Assembly (NCBI GenBank): GCA_001179505.1
Contig: CDMY01000344.1
Coordinates: 1 to 64,000 of the forward strand
Source of the DNA: Vitrella brassicaformis CCMP3155
Taxonomy: Eukaryota; Protista; Chromerida
DNA: 64,000 nucleotides
Direction of reading: 5' to 3'
The translations under genes were made by a program, and so were the position numbers. The notes under the pieces are model-generated. The model had not been told where the DNA came from, ran no database searches, and saw nothing but the letters and a program-made list of their open reading frames with translations. Shown in pieces: positions 12,259-24,886 of the stretch. Each line of letters opens with the position of its first letter. The stretch's first letter is position 1.

Positions 12259-15200
12259 TCAGCCTGCCTTGCTGGCCGTGTCTCTCTTCCTCTTAAGCCC
12301 TCCCTTGTCTGTCTTGCCGCTACTGCTACTGCTGCTGGTGCCCCCGTTCGCGCGACGCATCTCAAAGGCCCAGCTCTCGTCACCTTCAGGAGGCGACACA
12401 CCAAACCGACCCTTGGATGCATCACGCAACACACGCAGCAGATTGTAGCGGGGGCTAGGGCGGACAGTCAGAGCGATACAGTCGAGGGAAGCATTGGCAG
12501 CTAAGGCCGCGGCGACGCACTGGGCAAAAGAGCGGTGCATCTCCTTTGCCCTGCTATCACTCAGACCTGAAGCGCGACCAAAACCTCTCTCAGCTTTTGT
12601 GCTAATCTCAACCTCAATACGACTAACCCGGCCACTCTCCATGAGGCCTCTCTCCCTCTCTGCGCCTGCCCCAGCCCCCGCCCCCTCCCCACCCTCCCCA
12701 TCATACAGCGACCAAGTGATGTAATGGCTGGTTGAGTTGGCCTTCTGCAGGTCACCTATCGTCACATGAAAGGCTACCGTGAGCGGCCTGCCCTCTGTGG
12801 CGAAAAAGCCGACACTCGGAGGGATGAGACACAGCTCAGTGTGCGGGGTGGCCCACACGTCGCTACTGAAGGTGACCCGCTCGAGGGAAGGCAGATCACC
12901 CAGCACAGCCCCCAGCCCCCCGTCGTAGAATCCCATTCCCCCGAAGTCCCTCTCTTCGACCTCGACCGACTCGACGGCCGGGAAGAGGGAAGCGGGATTG
13001 GCGAGCACGTATGGGGGCAGTGGGTGACCGCCGCCACTCGGTAGCATTGTCAGCTTCTTGATCTTGGCACACTTGAGTGTTGTCAGGTCCGGGTGATCCT
13101 CTTGTCCAGCAGTAGCTTGTGAGAAGAGGTCGACGGTCTCGGCCTGCGTGCAGAGGGTCTGGGCGGTGGGCAGGCCGGCGGCGAGGTCGGCCGCGCTGCC
13201 GTGGAAGGGAAGGCGGAGATGGATGTCAGGGTAGGTCTCTGTGGCGTTGGGGGCGAGACACGATGTCCGGAAACGATGAACGCTCTTGTACACATAAGTA
13301 TGCACACAGACGGGGATTGACCAGTGCCGTGTTGTCGATCGAGGTGGCCTACCGAAATGTTCATTACGGAATTGATGATGGGGTAGCCCAGATTCATCTC
13401 GATCGTCTGCAGCCGCGCCGTTCTCGCTCCCCCGCCACCCATCTGGTCGATGAAGTCATCATCAGGTATCCCATGGGCGCCCTTCAGGCTCACCAGCGTG
13501 TTCCCTAAACGAGTGGACGCACCACATGCGTGCGACGGACAGACTCCTCAATCCTTACATGATGGTGTGTTGCTGAGGAAGTGGGGCACGTTGCCATAGG
13601 TCTGGTGGTGGTTTGTTGTCAGGACGAGCGAATGGATGCCGGCAGATGCCCTCGACACCCAAGAGCGAGGGCCCGTCGCTGGGAACCACACCGACGTGAG
13701 CTCCGACGCTCCCAGCTCTGTCAGCGCTGGCAACTGGTAGTCGCGGTCCTGCACACGCAGACCAAGACACACACACATGGAGGTAAAAGAACTGCCAGTT
13801 GCAGTGATGTGTACGTCACGTCTCACCTGTGCGATTTGGCTCCACGACTGATGCACTGAGGCCTTGTGCAGTTGAGGGAAGACCAGCTGCTGGCCTCTAG
13901 GGGGCATTTGGATGGGTTCGCGCCACTGTCGGCCATGCCGACTCCTTAGGGCGCCACCATCTGGACACGTCCATGCACGCAATAGGCACCAACAATGATG
14001 TCCAGGCAATTTCTTTTTTGTCTGCCTACCGCGATGACGTCTGTATGTCCCTGACCGTGGCGGCAGTAGCCTCGAGCAGCCGTACGAGCGATGGCATCGG
14101 TCGGTGATCCACGGCAAATGACTGGCACGCAGCTAGGCGACCTGAGAAGACCGACCAGGCCATCCGTCTCCGGTGACAAGCCGGCTCTCTGGGACCACCC
14201 ACCTGTCTCAAGCCATGTGTTGGCAATGTCAGGTTTGGGGCAGCGATTGAGTTCGAGGATCGGATGCATGGCGGGCTGCTGGGTGAGGGATTTGAAGTGT
14301 TGGCTGACGGACGAGAGGCACTCCATGGTGGAGATGAAGCCGAGGTAGCCGCCGATGCCAACACGCTGGTCGTCACTCATCCACAGGCCCTCAAGCAGAC
14401 CCTCCAGACACAACAACTCCTGGAAAGGGAAAGCCTCAATATGTACTTTGAATCTTTCCCGCCTCCCTCCCTCCCTCCCTCCCTCCCTCTCTTTCCCTCT
14501 TTCTACCTCTTGGTCGTTCTGGTTTAGATTGTCCATGTAGTGCTGCAGCGTATCGATCTTCTTGACAAACTCTTCTGTCTGCTCCCTGGCCGTGACGGCC
14601 GCGCTGTGCAGCTGCGCCTCGCCATTGCGGCACCCCATCGATATCAGTACATGACGCTGCCGCTCAATCGCCTGACGCACACATGTACAGAACAGAGGGG
14701 CAAACGGGCATGTTAGTGGCACCATGCACATGGCTGCATGGGTCTATCTTGGCTTGACCCGCATGTGGTTCTCCGCTGTGTGTGTCTGTGGAGGCGGGAG
14801 GGCATCCATCGCACTGAACACCTCCTCTGCCTGAGGCATCGCACCGCACACACCACACTGACGTACAACTTTCCATTCGGGTCCTGCTGTTTGTTACCTT
14901 GGCTTTGGCCTCCTCGACAAGTACGAGCTGCTCTTTCAGCGCCTCAGAGACGCTATGGAATGCTGCCAACACATCCTCAGGACCCCTCACTACCACAGCC
15001 GCCGCATCCTGGCCCATGAAAGACACGAGGAAAAAGCACAACATCTGTGATTGATGTATGCAATGTGGACCATCCTCACCTCCATATCGGTATCAGCTAC
15101 TCCCCCGCCGTCAGGCCCGTCCCCCTCCTCATGATCTCCCTCCTCAGTGGCCGGCGCCTTGGCTTTGGCCTTACCCCTCCCCCTCCCCCTCTCCTTAGCC

Positions 15201-15499
15201 GCACCCTTCCTGCCCGCCGCAACACCAGCCGCCCTGCCGTCGGCGTCCAGCCGCTGCTTCTTCCTGGCTGCAACACCCTTGTTCCCCCTCGCTATGTCCT
15301 CCCAGTCGGATCCGCTCTCGGACGAGCTGCTACTGCTCTCATCCATGGCCTCATCTTCGTCCTCGCCCTCCTCCTCCATCTGACCATCGTCGTCCGCGTC
15401 ATGGTGGCGCTTCCTGCAATGTGGTGCGGGCGCCGATGCGGCCCGTGATGCGGCTGCTGCTGCTAAAGCCGCCTTGCGCTTCGGACGCTGGCTATCCAT
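12259..15499 (-). CDS. Large multi-exon hypothetical protein: acidic/basic low-complexity N-terminus, coiled coil, F-box-like segment and LRR-like C-terminus
   Basis: Coding-like exons chain from MDSQRPKRKAALAAA (15499) through EALKEQLVLVEEAKAK, GGYLGFISTMECLSSVSQHFKSL and LPALTELGA to LFPAVESVEV...LPSLERVTF, ending KRKRDTASKAG* (12259). Internal exon joins are not fully resolved. Confidence 0.6.
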
Positions 15500-16153
15500 A
15501 ACGCGAGAAGCCGACGAGGATTTCGTTTACAAATGGCAGGGGATTCCGAAGCAGAGATAAGTTGGACGGAGGCGGGTGTGTCTCATGACAGGACCCAAAG
15601 CGACTGGCTGCGTTGGGAGGTAGAGTGGGAAAAGTTGGATTTCCCGCTGGAGACCTGGAGGTGCTGCATGTGGTACAGTGAGTGGATGGCTGCCTGCCTG
15701 CCTGGCTGTCTGCACTATGCACTAGTATGCACAGACATACGATCATAACGAAGCGCATCAGTGAGTGTTGAAGCGATATGTATGCAATAGTCCGCTAGCC
15801 AGCCACACACATGACATCACCAGGAGGCAGTGAGTGTGGCTGTCGTGTTCGGGTGTCTGATGCACTGCTGTGAGAACAATTGCTAACGGCACTCACACAT
15901 GCATCAAGCACGAGAAGACGACAGCCACACTCACCCAGAACTCCCACACATGCGCCACAAGTCAGCCATTCGACGCACAGCTACCCTCGTCCGTCAGTTA
16001 ACACAACAGCAACTCACCGTGCCTATCCCCTACCTACAAACACGAGCACGGATCCATCCATCCATCGATACACATTAACGTCGCCATGAATGGGTGCATG
16101 GCGGGGCGGCAGGCCTATCTATATATCGTCACTCACACCCCGATGTGATGTAG

Positions 16154-17260
16154 CTACGTGCGCGTGTTGGCCTTGATGGTCTCCCATATGGTGCGTGCCA
16201 TCCGCTCGCCGCCCCTGCCGCTGGGCTCCACCCGGTCGACATAGAGGGATGTGTCCTTGCCGTCCAGTACGGCGAAGAACGGCAGCGGCACCACCAGTGT
16301 GCCCTCGATGGTGCCACTGATGGCACATGTGGCCAGCTCGTACACCTTGCGAATGGCCGCCTGCAGCTTCTCGGGGCGACCGTTGTAGCCCAACGCCTAC
16401 ACACACATAAACACACGCCTCTCATCCACACACACATCCTTGCCTCCCTCTTGGGTGTGTTGTGTGTGTTCCGACTGGCTGCCTCGCCTCGCTGACTGAC
16501 CGCCAGAGTGCCGTCGGCCCAGGAGCCCGTCTTCTGCTCGTCCGGGAAGTAGATCATGCACACGATGACCATGGCCGGCCGCACCCTCTCGATCACCTTC
16601 ATGATGTACCGCCGCGTGTCGTCCCGGAACATCCGGACGAAGTGGCTCAGACCCCACGCGCCGCCCGGCGATGAGCACCGGCCGATACTCTCGGGGCTCT
16701 GGAAACCCATCAGCATCAGCAGGTTGAATATCGTCGAGAAGGTGGGCCGGAGGGCGATGTCGTTGCCACCGACAGACACGACGAGTATGTCGTTGGGCCG
16801 TATGCGGTCGCGGATGAACATGTCGTGCTTGAGCAGATGGGAGCCATTGCGGGCGCCGAGGGTGGACTCCTCGACGGCACAGTTGATGCAGACACTGGTG
16901 GGGGTGGTCGGGGCGGCCTGGTGCCTTTCGTGGGCAATGATGTTGTTGAGGTGGAAGGCCACGTCAGGGCGGCACAGCGGCGGCTGCAGGATGTTCTCAT
17001 ACCTACAACCAACCACGACACAGCCAATATATCAACACGCTTCTCTGCATCCTTCTTTGGCGTACATACCCGTTGGTTGCGGGCTGCCTGGGCTCCATCA
17101 GCCAGTGTTTGTTGTCGAGGGATGAGTCGCCCGCGAACCATATGAACCGGTGCGGCTGTGTGGGTGGCATCTGGGCCTTGAGGCTGTCATACAGCAGCGT
17201 GAGGTCGCTGATCTTGTGCCCGTGATACTCGGAGAAGAAGCGCTGGTGGGGAATCGCCAT
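16154..17260 (-). CDS. SGNH/GDSL-hydrolase-like protein (3 exons)
   Basis: Block I is FAGDSSLDN and block III is VSVGGNDI. The C-terminal block reads YVDRVEPS, with no His at the usual DxxH position. Confidence 0.75.
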
Positions 17261-17402
17261 AGCAATGCAGCCGACGATGGATAACGATGATAGATGCAGC
17301 AGACACAACAGCATGCAAAATGCAGCAGTGGTTTCAGGGTTACGACCCTAAGGTACATTCCGTGAAACCGCTCCCTCTAGAGAATCGTGGCTCTGCATTT
17401 TG

Positions 17403-20400
17403 GTGTTTGGCGAGAAAGAGGGCCTTCGAGGAACCGTATCGACCGGTGGAAGATAGCTTTGCGTCCCTTTATCGCGGGGAGGCCTGCAGCAGCAGTTGAC
17501 GAGTGGCTGAGGGCACGACTTGGAGGCATTTCGGTCACCAACAGGACAGGTGAGGGCGGCAGGGCGCGACAGGGAAGGCAGCAGCCCGCATTCCCTCCAC
17601 AACGAACGTTTCCCTTACGCATGCAGTGCTGGAGCATTCTTGGCGTGTGGTGAGAGCACCGCTCTCGGGGTACTCGGCAGTCTAGAAGAGGGTCGTAGCT
17701 CGCGATTCAGAGGCCACGGTGAGGTCCCCATGAAGGCGAGCTGCACGAGTGCGTTCACCGATGGCGACTTTGCAACTCTCTGTGTGTGTGCAGGAGGCCG
17801 TGAGTTTGTCGTGAGTGGCGTGGAGCGATGGCGCGTCGGAGCAGCCGTCTGGCGGCTAAAGCTGGCGGCGCAGTGAAGCAGGATGAGAATCCCAAGGAGG
17901 NNNNNNNNNNNNNNNNNNNNNNNNNNNNNNNNNNNNNNNNNNNNNNNNNNNNNNNNNNNNNNNNNNNNNNNNNNNNNNNNNNNNNNNNNNNNNNNNNNNN
18001 NNNNNNNNNNNNNNNNNNNNNNNNNNNNNNNNNNNNNNNNNNNNNNNNNNNNNNNNNNNNNNNNNNNNNNNNNNNNNNNNNNNNNNNNNNNNNNNNNNNN
18101 NNNNNNNNNNNNNNNNNNNNNNNNNNNNNNNNNNNNNNNNNNNNNNNNNNNNNNNNNNNNNNNNNNNNNNNNNNNNNNNNNNNNNNNNNNNNNNNNNNNN
18201 TGGCGGCGCAGTGAAGCAGGATGAGAATCCCAAGGAGGTCAAGGCGCCTGCTCGACGGGGCAGGGGAGCCGCCAAGGTGAGGGAGTGGGCTGCACTGCAC
18301 CGACGAGAGCCACAGTTATCCTGCCCTCTGTGCCTCTAATGCGCCGGATGTGTGGCTGCAGAAGAAAGCTGCCCAGCCCAAGCCCAAGCCGCCCCGTCAG
18401 ATCGCCAAAGTGAGCATAACACATGGATGGATGGATGGATGCAGAGAGCATCGGTGGACGGCGTGTGTCTGTGTGTGTGTGAATCAGGTTGCCGGCAAGG
18501 GTCAGATGGTCGTTGACGACGAACCCGACGAGCCCATGACGCCCATCGTAGACAAAAAGGTGGGCGATCACCTCCACCCTCTCATCCACGTGCGACCACC
18601 ACTCACTCACTCATGAATGTCTGTGTGTGTGGATGTGTGGATGTGCGTGCAGGTTGGCAAGAAGGCACCGCAGAAGAAGAAGGCCCCGCCCGCACCCAAG
18701 AGGAAGAACCCACCGAGGGTACGTTACGCTCACCACTCTGAGATGGGCACCTGAAGCCTTACCACCGACACGCGTGACTGTGTTGTGTTTGTGTCAGGGT
18801 GGCAACCGAGGCGGCGGCAACCATCGCAGGGACCGCACCCCCTCACCGCCGCGGGCACCTCCCATGGCGATGGACGAGGATGAGAACGCCCATATGGTCC
18901 GCACGCCGCCGCCGGGCATGTTCCACGCGTCGCAGCCGGGCAACGCTCCTCAGGTGAGGGACGGAGGAGCATCGACCACACGACCACCAAACACATACCT
19001 TCACACATTGGTGTGTTGTCGGTGTGTTGTGTGTGTAGGTGCAGGGTGCCCCTCAACATCCCGCGTCTCGTGGGTTGCGGGTTGACTCGAACTACAAGGA
19101 CGTTAACAACATCCGGCCTGATGAGGTGGGCGAGGCGACTGACTGACCGGCAGCGCAGCCAGACGGGGCACACACATGTCCTGGGTATGCCTCATCCCCC
19201 TGTCCCTGTGTGTGGTGTGTGTGCAGTTGAAGCGGGCGATGGACAGCCCGGAGTTGTCGCCCTACCTGCACGTTTGGGACGCACGGTTCAAGGGAGAGTT
19301 CGACGGTACGCCCGCAGACATTCCACTCAACCGGGCCCACCACCCCCACACACGCCGGACACACACCCACTGTGTGTCAATGCTGTCTGCAGGGGGGCAC
19401 ATCGCCGGGGCCCGCCACGTCAAGTCGGTCAAGGGCGTCATCGATGCGTTGTGGGATGAGAACGGGGCCGCCAAACTGCCCGAGCCGCACCGTCAGGTGG
19501 GTCGTGACAGGACACACACACAGAGCCACGGCCATCCATGTGTGTGTGTCTGTGTGCGTCAGAAATTGGTTTTCCATTGCGAGTACTCCCAGGAGCGCGC
19601 TGTGTTGCTCCTGCAGATGCTGCTGAAGTTCAACGGCTGGAATGCGCCCAACAACCAGGTGGGTGGTTGGTGGTTTGGGTGGGGCGCTCGGACAGCTAAA
19701 CCCACAAACGTGTGTGTGTGTGTGTGTGGTGCAGAAATACGAGCACATGTACTTGTTGAGAGGGGGATACAATGGCTTCTATTGCAACTACCCTGTAAGC
19801 CACACACACACACACCAACCGGGACACACACACACACACACCCCACTGTGTGTGTGTGTGTGTGTGTGTAGGACCTGTGCGGGCCGTATGTCAAGGAGGA
19901 AGCGTTGCCGACTGTAAGCAGCCGACACACCCCACTCCGCCACACACGTGTTCACCATAGATGTGTGTATGTGTCTATGTCTGTCTGCAGATGGGGGCCG
20001 ATCGAAATAAGCGTGGCGAACAAATCAAGAACATGAGAGACAAACTCAACGTACGCAACGCCCGTGATCAGTGAACAAATGTGTTTATAGCTATCCATCT
20101 GTGTGTGTGTGACGTGTTCAGAAGAAAGCTGACTTCGTGGCTCTGGTTGGCAAGCTCGAGAAGCCCCCGGAGCGCTGCCTCAAGCCGCGCACCCAGTACC
20201 ACTACTGAGCCACCCCGCACATTACACTACCTCTGGCAGCCTAGTTAGCCCATTGCTGCTCTGTTCTTCAGCCGCTCCATGAGTTAGCTTTAGGAAAGGG
20301 GCAGTGATGGGATAACTGACGAGGGCTGGCAGGGGGGTGTATGTGCACATGGGGGGTCAAGTGGCTGGCTGTGTGGGAGTGTTTGTCGTGACAGACAGAC

Positions 20401-20679
20401 TGACTGTCTGTCTGTCTGTCTGATGGCCGGTTGGTATGCATACAGACAGACAGTGAGTGACATCAATGAGTGAATGGGATCACGCACCCACTCACAGCCA
20501 TGGTCGGGTGAGGTGAGCTGAGGGGCTGCGTGATGGATTGCTGTGCACGGCCGAGCGAATGGATTGCTATGCTAAATGGACGGACGGGTGGATGGATACA
20601 ATGCATACATACATACGTGTGACGTGTGTGTGATGTGAAGGAATGGACACCAAAGTCACGGGCACGCAGTGCGCTGGAG
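17403..20679. repeat. Segmental duplication, copy 1 (promoter, Cdc25-like gene and 3' flank)
   Basis: Colinear high identity with 24887-27833, from gtgtttggcgaga to cagtgcgctggag, including introns. Ends are approximate. Confidence 0.92.
17828..20208 (+). CDS. Cdc25-like (rhodanese-fold) dual-specificity phosphatase, copy 1
   Basis: Exons give VWDARFKGEFD-GGHIAGA, LVFHCEYSQERA (HCx5R intact), YEHMYLLRGGYNGFYCNYP-DLC and a last exon KKADFVALVGKLEKPPERCLKPRTQYHY*. The N-terminus is K/P-rich. The CDS spans the N gap at 17901-18200. Confidence 0.85.
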
Positions 20680-21227
20680 GCTGACTGGACGACCCGTACT
20701 CACTCACAGCCATGGTCGGGTCGGGTGGGGTGAGGGGGTGCGTAGATGCGATCGATGTGCACGGCCAAGCGCAACCGATCGCGACCTTCTCTCGTCGTTC
20801 GTTGCTTGTATTTGGTTGTTGTAAGGGCACCTGAAGGTCACAATCACAAATCAGATCAGCAGCGGCTGCGCCTCCGGACGGACAGACAGAGAGGGGGCCC
20901 GGCCGGTGTGTCTCTGACTCGGAGGCGACTCGCGGGACGGAAGACAGAGAGGCGGCCTGAGCGACTCGGGTGGGAGGCCAACGGAGGGAAACTCTCCGGT
21001 GTCTCTGTGTCAAGCCGCATTGCATCTAGAGTGCCCCTCGGGAACTAATTGCGGCACAACAGCGGCGCGCAGACAATTGATTGACGCGAGAGGATATACA
21101 CACACACATATACACGCACACACCGATGGCTCTCTCGTCCGTCCGTCTGTCTGTGTGTCTCTCTCTCCCATATAGCCAGACAGACAGACAGACAGCCAAA
21201 ATTCTCTCGCGGTGCGCAGCTTCTGCG

Positions 21228-21360
21228 TCAGACGCCAAAAGCTTCGTTGACAAGCACACCTCACAGACGTGAGTCTGTCGAAGTGTCTCTTGTGGTATCG
21301 CTCGTTGATCTCTGCCGGCGGTGCATGGCGAGACGACCCCAGGGCCTTGTAGAGGTCATC
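21228..21360 (-). pseudogene. Possible degenerate DnaJ (J-domain) fragment
   Basis: One frame reads DDLYKALGSSRHAPPAEINERYHKRHFDR. A shifted frame then reads VLVNEAFGV*. This resembles J-domain helices, with HFD in place of HPD, plus a frameshift and a stop. Confidence 0.35.
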
Positions 21361-21930
21361 CCCGACAGGACACCTGCAATCGCCTGAGACGCAGAGGTGG
21401 AGACATAGGGTGGCAATGAACGGCCTTCATCTGAATCGCTGGCCGTCCCGCCGTGCGTGTCGCCCACGGCGACAACTCGGCACATGATAACAACAGGCAG
21501 CCCGCACACACGCGGGTGCCCCACACACGCGGGTGGCCGCTCGTGTGGCCTTTCCGACACACTTGCGGGTCCAAGAGGGAGGCAGATTGGAAATGACGTG
21601 GGTGCATTCATAACAGTGACATGGATGCGTATCTATGGCACTCGAGTAGTCTGCCCCACCCCACTACCTGCTCAGTGGTCTCTCAATCAGTTGGTGCGCA
21701 GATGGCGAGCCCCCCCCCCACCCCCCCACCCACACACCCACATCCACACACATAGACCCCGATATCTGTCTGTCGTGAATTAGCTCGCTGTGCCGCACTG
21801 TTCCTCTCGTAAGGCGGCAGCCGGGCATTCGGTCGGCCTGCTTTGCTCTCAGGCCTGTCTGTCTGTCTGTCTGTACACTAAGTGGCTGGCTATTCACACC
21901 GGCAACTAACTATCTCCCCCGCTGCCCTCC

Positions 21931-24501
21931 TCAGTCCGTCCAGCCCTTCTCATCGTCGACTCCCTTCCTCTCCTCCCCATCAGCATCACTGTCGTCCAGC
22001 GGCCATATGTCCACCTCGACGGTCAACTCGTGCTTGGCCGGCCAGGCTGCCATGTACTTAGCCGAGCACTGCATACCATTGAACCGCCGGTAGGCCATGG
22101 GCAGACGCACCTCCATGCCGTACTCGGCCATGTCGTCGCGCACACGGCTCTCGCGGAGCAGCAAGTCGAGCTCGCGCTGGACTTGGTCAGCGTCGCTAGG
22201 GGCGGTGAAGGTGTCTGCTCGTTCCCTGAGTTTGAAGGTGGCGTGTTTGGGCCGCACCTCATGGACGAGGCGGAAAAGGTCCCGCAGCCGCTCGGGGACG
22301 CTCTCGGCTCTCGCGTTGTAGAAGCGCTGGGCGCGGAGGTTGTAGGTGTGCCAGTCGTTGGCGTTGTTGCTGTCCTGGAGCATGGCGCAGGCCCTGGCCA
22401 ACATGTGGGTATCGGTAGGTTTCATCTCGATGCTGAGCTCTTCCACTGTGGGGTACTCTCGGGTGGTGTGGGGTGAGGGGAAGGCGACAGGGGCGGCCGC
22501 CTTGGTGCGGGGCTGGTTGAAGAAGAGCGGCTCGTCGTACTTAACCTCCAACTTCTGCCACCAGAGTGAAAAGGATTCGTTCATGAGGAGGGATATGGCC
22601 GTGCCATGTGTGTGTGCGTGTGGGTACCTTGAGCGGCTTGGCGATGCCCTGCTGAATGTATGCGAGCGCCTCTGAGGCCATGATCCCGGTCATTTTCGGA
22701 CGATCGTCGAAGTACACGTGTGTGAGTTTGGGGAGGGATGAGAGGAGGCGGGAGAGGCGGTTTGGCGTGCTGGGCGGCATCAGGTACTCGGGGTCGCAGG
22801 TTGGCCAAGTCTCCTTGTCGCTGTTGTCCGTCAGGTGCAGCTCCGTCACGTTACTGAATCGACACATCCACAGACATTAAGCGAAGCGTCTTTATTACTC
22901 TCTCCCTCTCTCCCTCCCTCCATCCCTCCCCCCTCTCTCTCTCTCTCTCTCTCTCTTTTTCTCTCACCACAGTGACTTGAGCGTGCTATCATCGGTCAGC
23001 CACTGGGGGATGCTGTTGAAGGACTCGGCATCGACATCGGGGGCGGTGGCGAGCTCGACCTCCAGGCGCCTGGCGCCGTTGAACCGGATGCCGCTGAAGT
23101 GCGGGCTGGTGGGATCGCCCGACCAGCTACAGCAACCCTCCAAGGTCAAAGTGTCCCCCCCTGCCGCGTGCCGTTTGATGGTCTCCACCAGCTCGAGGGT
23201 CTCGGCGGTCGGCGGGCCCTCGGTGGTCTCACCACAGCAGTCTATGGATGTCGTCCGTCCCTCCCTCACCACCTCCCACCNNNNNNNNNNNNNNNNNNNN
23301 NNNNNNNNNNNNNNNNNNNNNNNNNNNNNNNNNNNNNNNNNNNNNNNNNNNNNNNNNNNNNNNNNNNNNNNNNNNNNNNNNNNNNNNNNNNNNNNNNNNN
23401 NNNNNNNNNNNNNNNNNNNNNNNNNNNNNNNNNNNNNNNNNNNNNNNNNNNNNNNNNNNNNNNNNNNNNNNNNNNNNNNNNNNNNNNNNNNNNNNNNNNN
23501 NNNNNNNNNNNNNNNNNNNNNNNNNNNNNNNNNNNNNNNNNNNNNNNNNNNNNNNNNNNNNNNNNNNNNNNNNNNNNNNNCGTCAGCTGGCGCAGCAACG
23601 TCACCACCCTGCTGGTCTCCACTTTCCCGCCCCACAGCTTGAGGTGGCCCACGTGGCGCAGGTTCTTGAGCGATGGGAGGGCAGCGGTGGTGAGGGGCAC
23701 CTCGCAGTTGCTGCTCAAGTAGACACCGCAGCACAGTAGTGGGAAGATGTCCAGGTGGCTGAGGGCGGGGGACGAGCCCAGCACGAACGCCAGACTGCCA
23801 TCAAACGCACTGCGCATGGATGCCCGTTTGGCCGCAAGGGACGGGCGCAAGTCCCAGTCGCTTGCGATGAAGTTTGTCTCGTCCTCAGAGAGGACCCTGC
23901 CGGTGAGCCGGTCGAGTGCCGGGCAGACGAGCTTCTGCTGCTGGAAGAGATGCAGTCCGTCGAGGCTGTCCACCTCAACCGACGTGACCGAGGGAAACAC
24001 CGCGTCGGGCCCCTTGACCTGCGCCACCAGCAGGCCACTCGCCTCTTGATCGGCATCATCATTCCCGTCTCGCTGCTGCTTGGCTTGTGTCGTCTGGATG
24101 GCCTTGAGCGTGTCGGTGTGGAAGACAAGCTGCAGAGAGACGAAGGCAGAGAGCCGCGCCCGGCCGATCTCCTCGACCTCCTCCTCTCTGGGCAGCAGGA
24201 TGACGGCGTGCTGCTGTTGCTCGAACGTCACCAGGCTGCCGCCCGGTCCCTGGCAGCTGAGGCCGTGGTTGGGGCGGTGCCAGTTGATGATCCGGATCAG
24301 TGAGTAGATGGACCAGTAGAAGGCCCGGCACACGCAGCTCATCGCCAGGCGCTCCTTGACAGACTGATACGATGACACGTTGAGCCAGATGAGCCCATCT
24401 AGAAGGCTCGTGAGGCTTCTCCGCGCGGTGAGGCTGGACGGGTGGTCATCGCTCTGGACCGGAGGGGCCGTGCGCGGGGCTTTGGCTGGCGGGCCGTTCA
24501 T
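21931..24501 (-). CDS. F-box-like / LRR-like protein (long exons; spans N gap 23281-23580)
   Basis: The N-terminal LLDGLIWLNVSSYQSVKERLAMSCVCRAFY is F-box-like. It is followed by LRR-like segments (FPSVTSVEV, CPALDRL, LPSLKNL, FSNVTELHL, LPKLTHV). The gene ends KGWTD*. Confidence 0.72.
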
Positions 24502-24886
24502 CGCTCAACACACAAACACACCAGGGATCAGCTACGCCCCTCCAGCTTCCTGCAGATTCACAGACACACAACCGCAGGAGATGCCATAGCGTCAGGCGTG
24601 CCGTTTCTCCCGACCCGCTTACAGTTATTGCGATGAATGTTCATAGGCTGCCGGCACGTCTTCTTCTCCCTCTCGTCCATCGTCGTGGCGGTCCGCTGTG
24701 TGTCTTCTTGCGGATGGCGGGCAGCCGATGGTCTGTCCAGACTTGAGTATCGCTACGACAGCCAAGACCCTGCCTCGCCCTTGACTTTGCCAGCTTGAAG
24801 TCGAAAACTTGGCCGTCAGCCGCTAGGGTGCTCCATGAAATTGTTGCTGCTGCGAACTTGAAAGGTTATCGTGGCCCTGCAAACCC

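Noticed and set aside
21440-21480. VVAVGDTHG resembling a metallophosphoesterase motif I
   Set aside because: No downstream GDxxDRG or GNHE motifs are present, and the context is non-coding-like.
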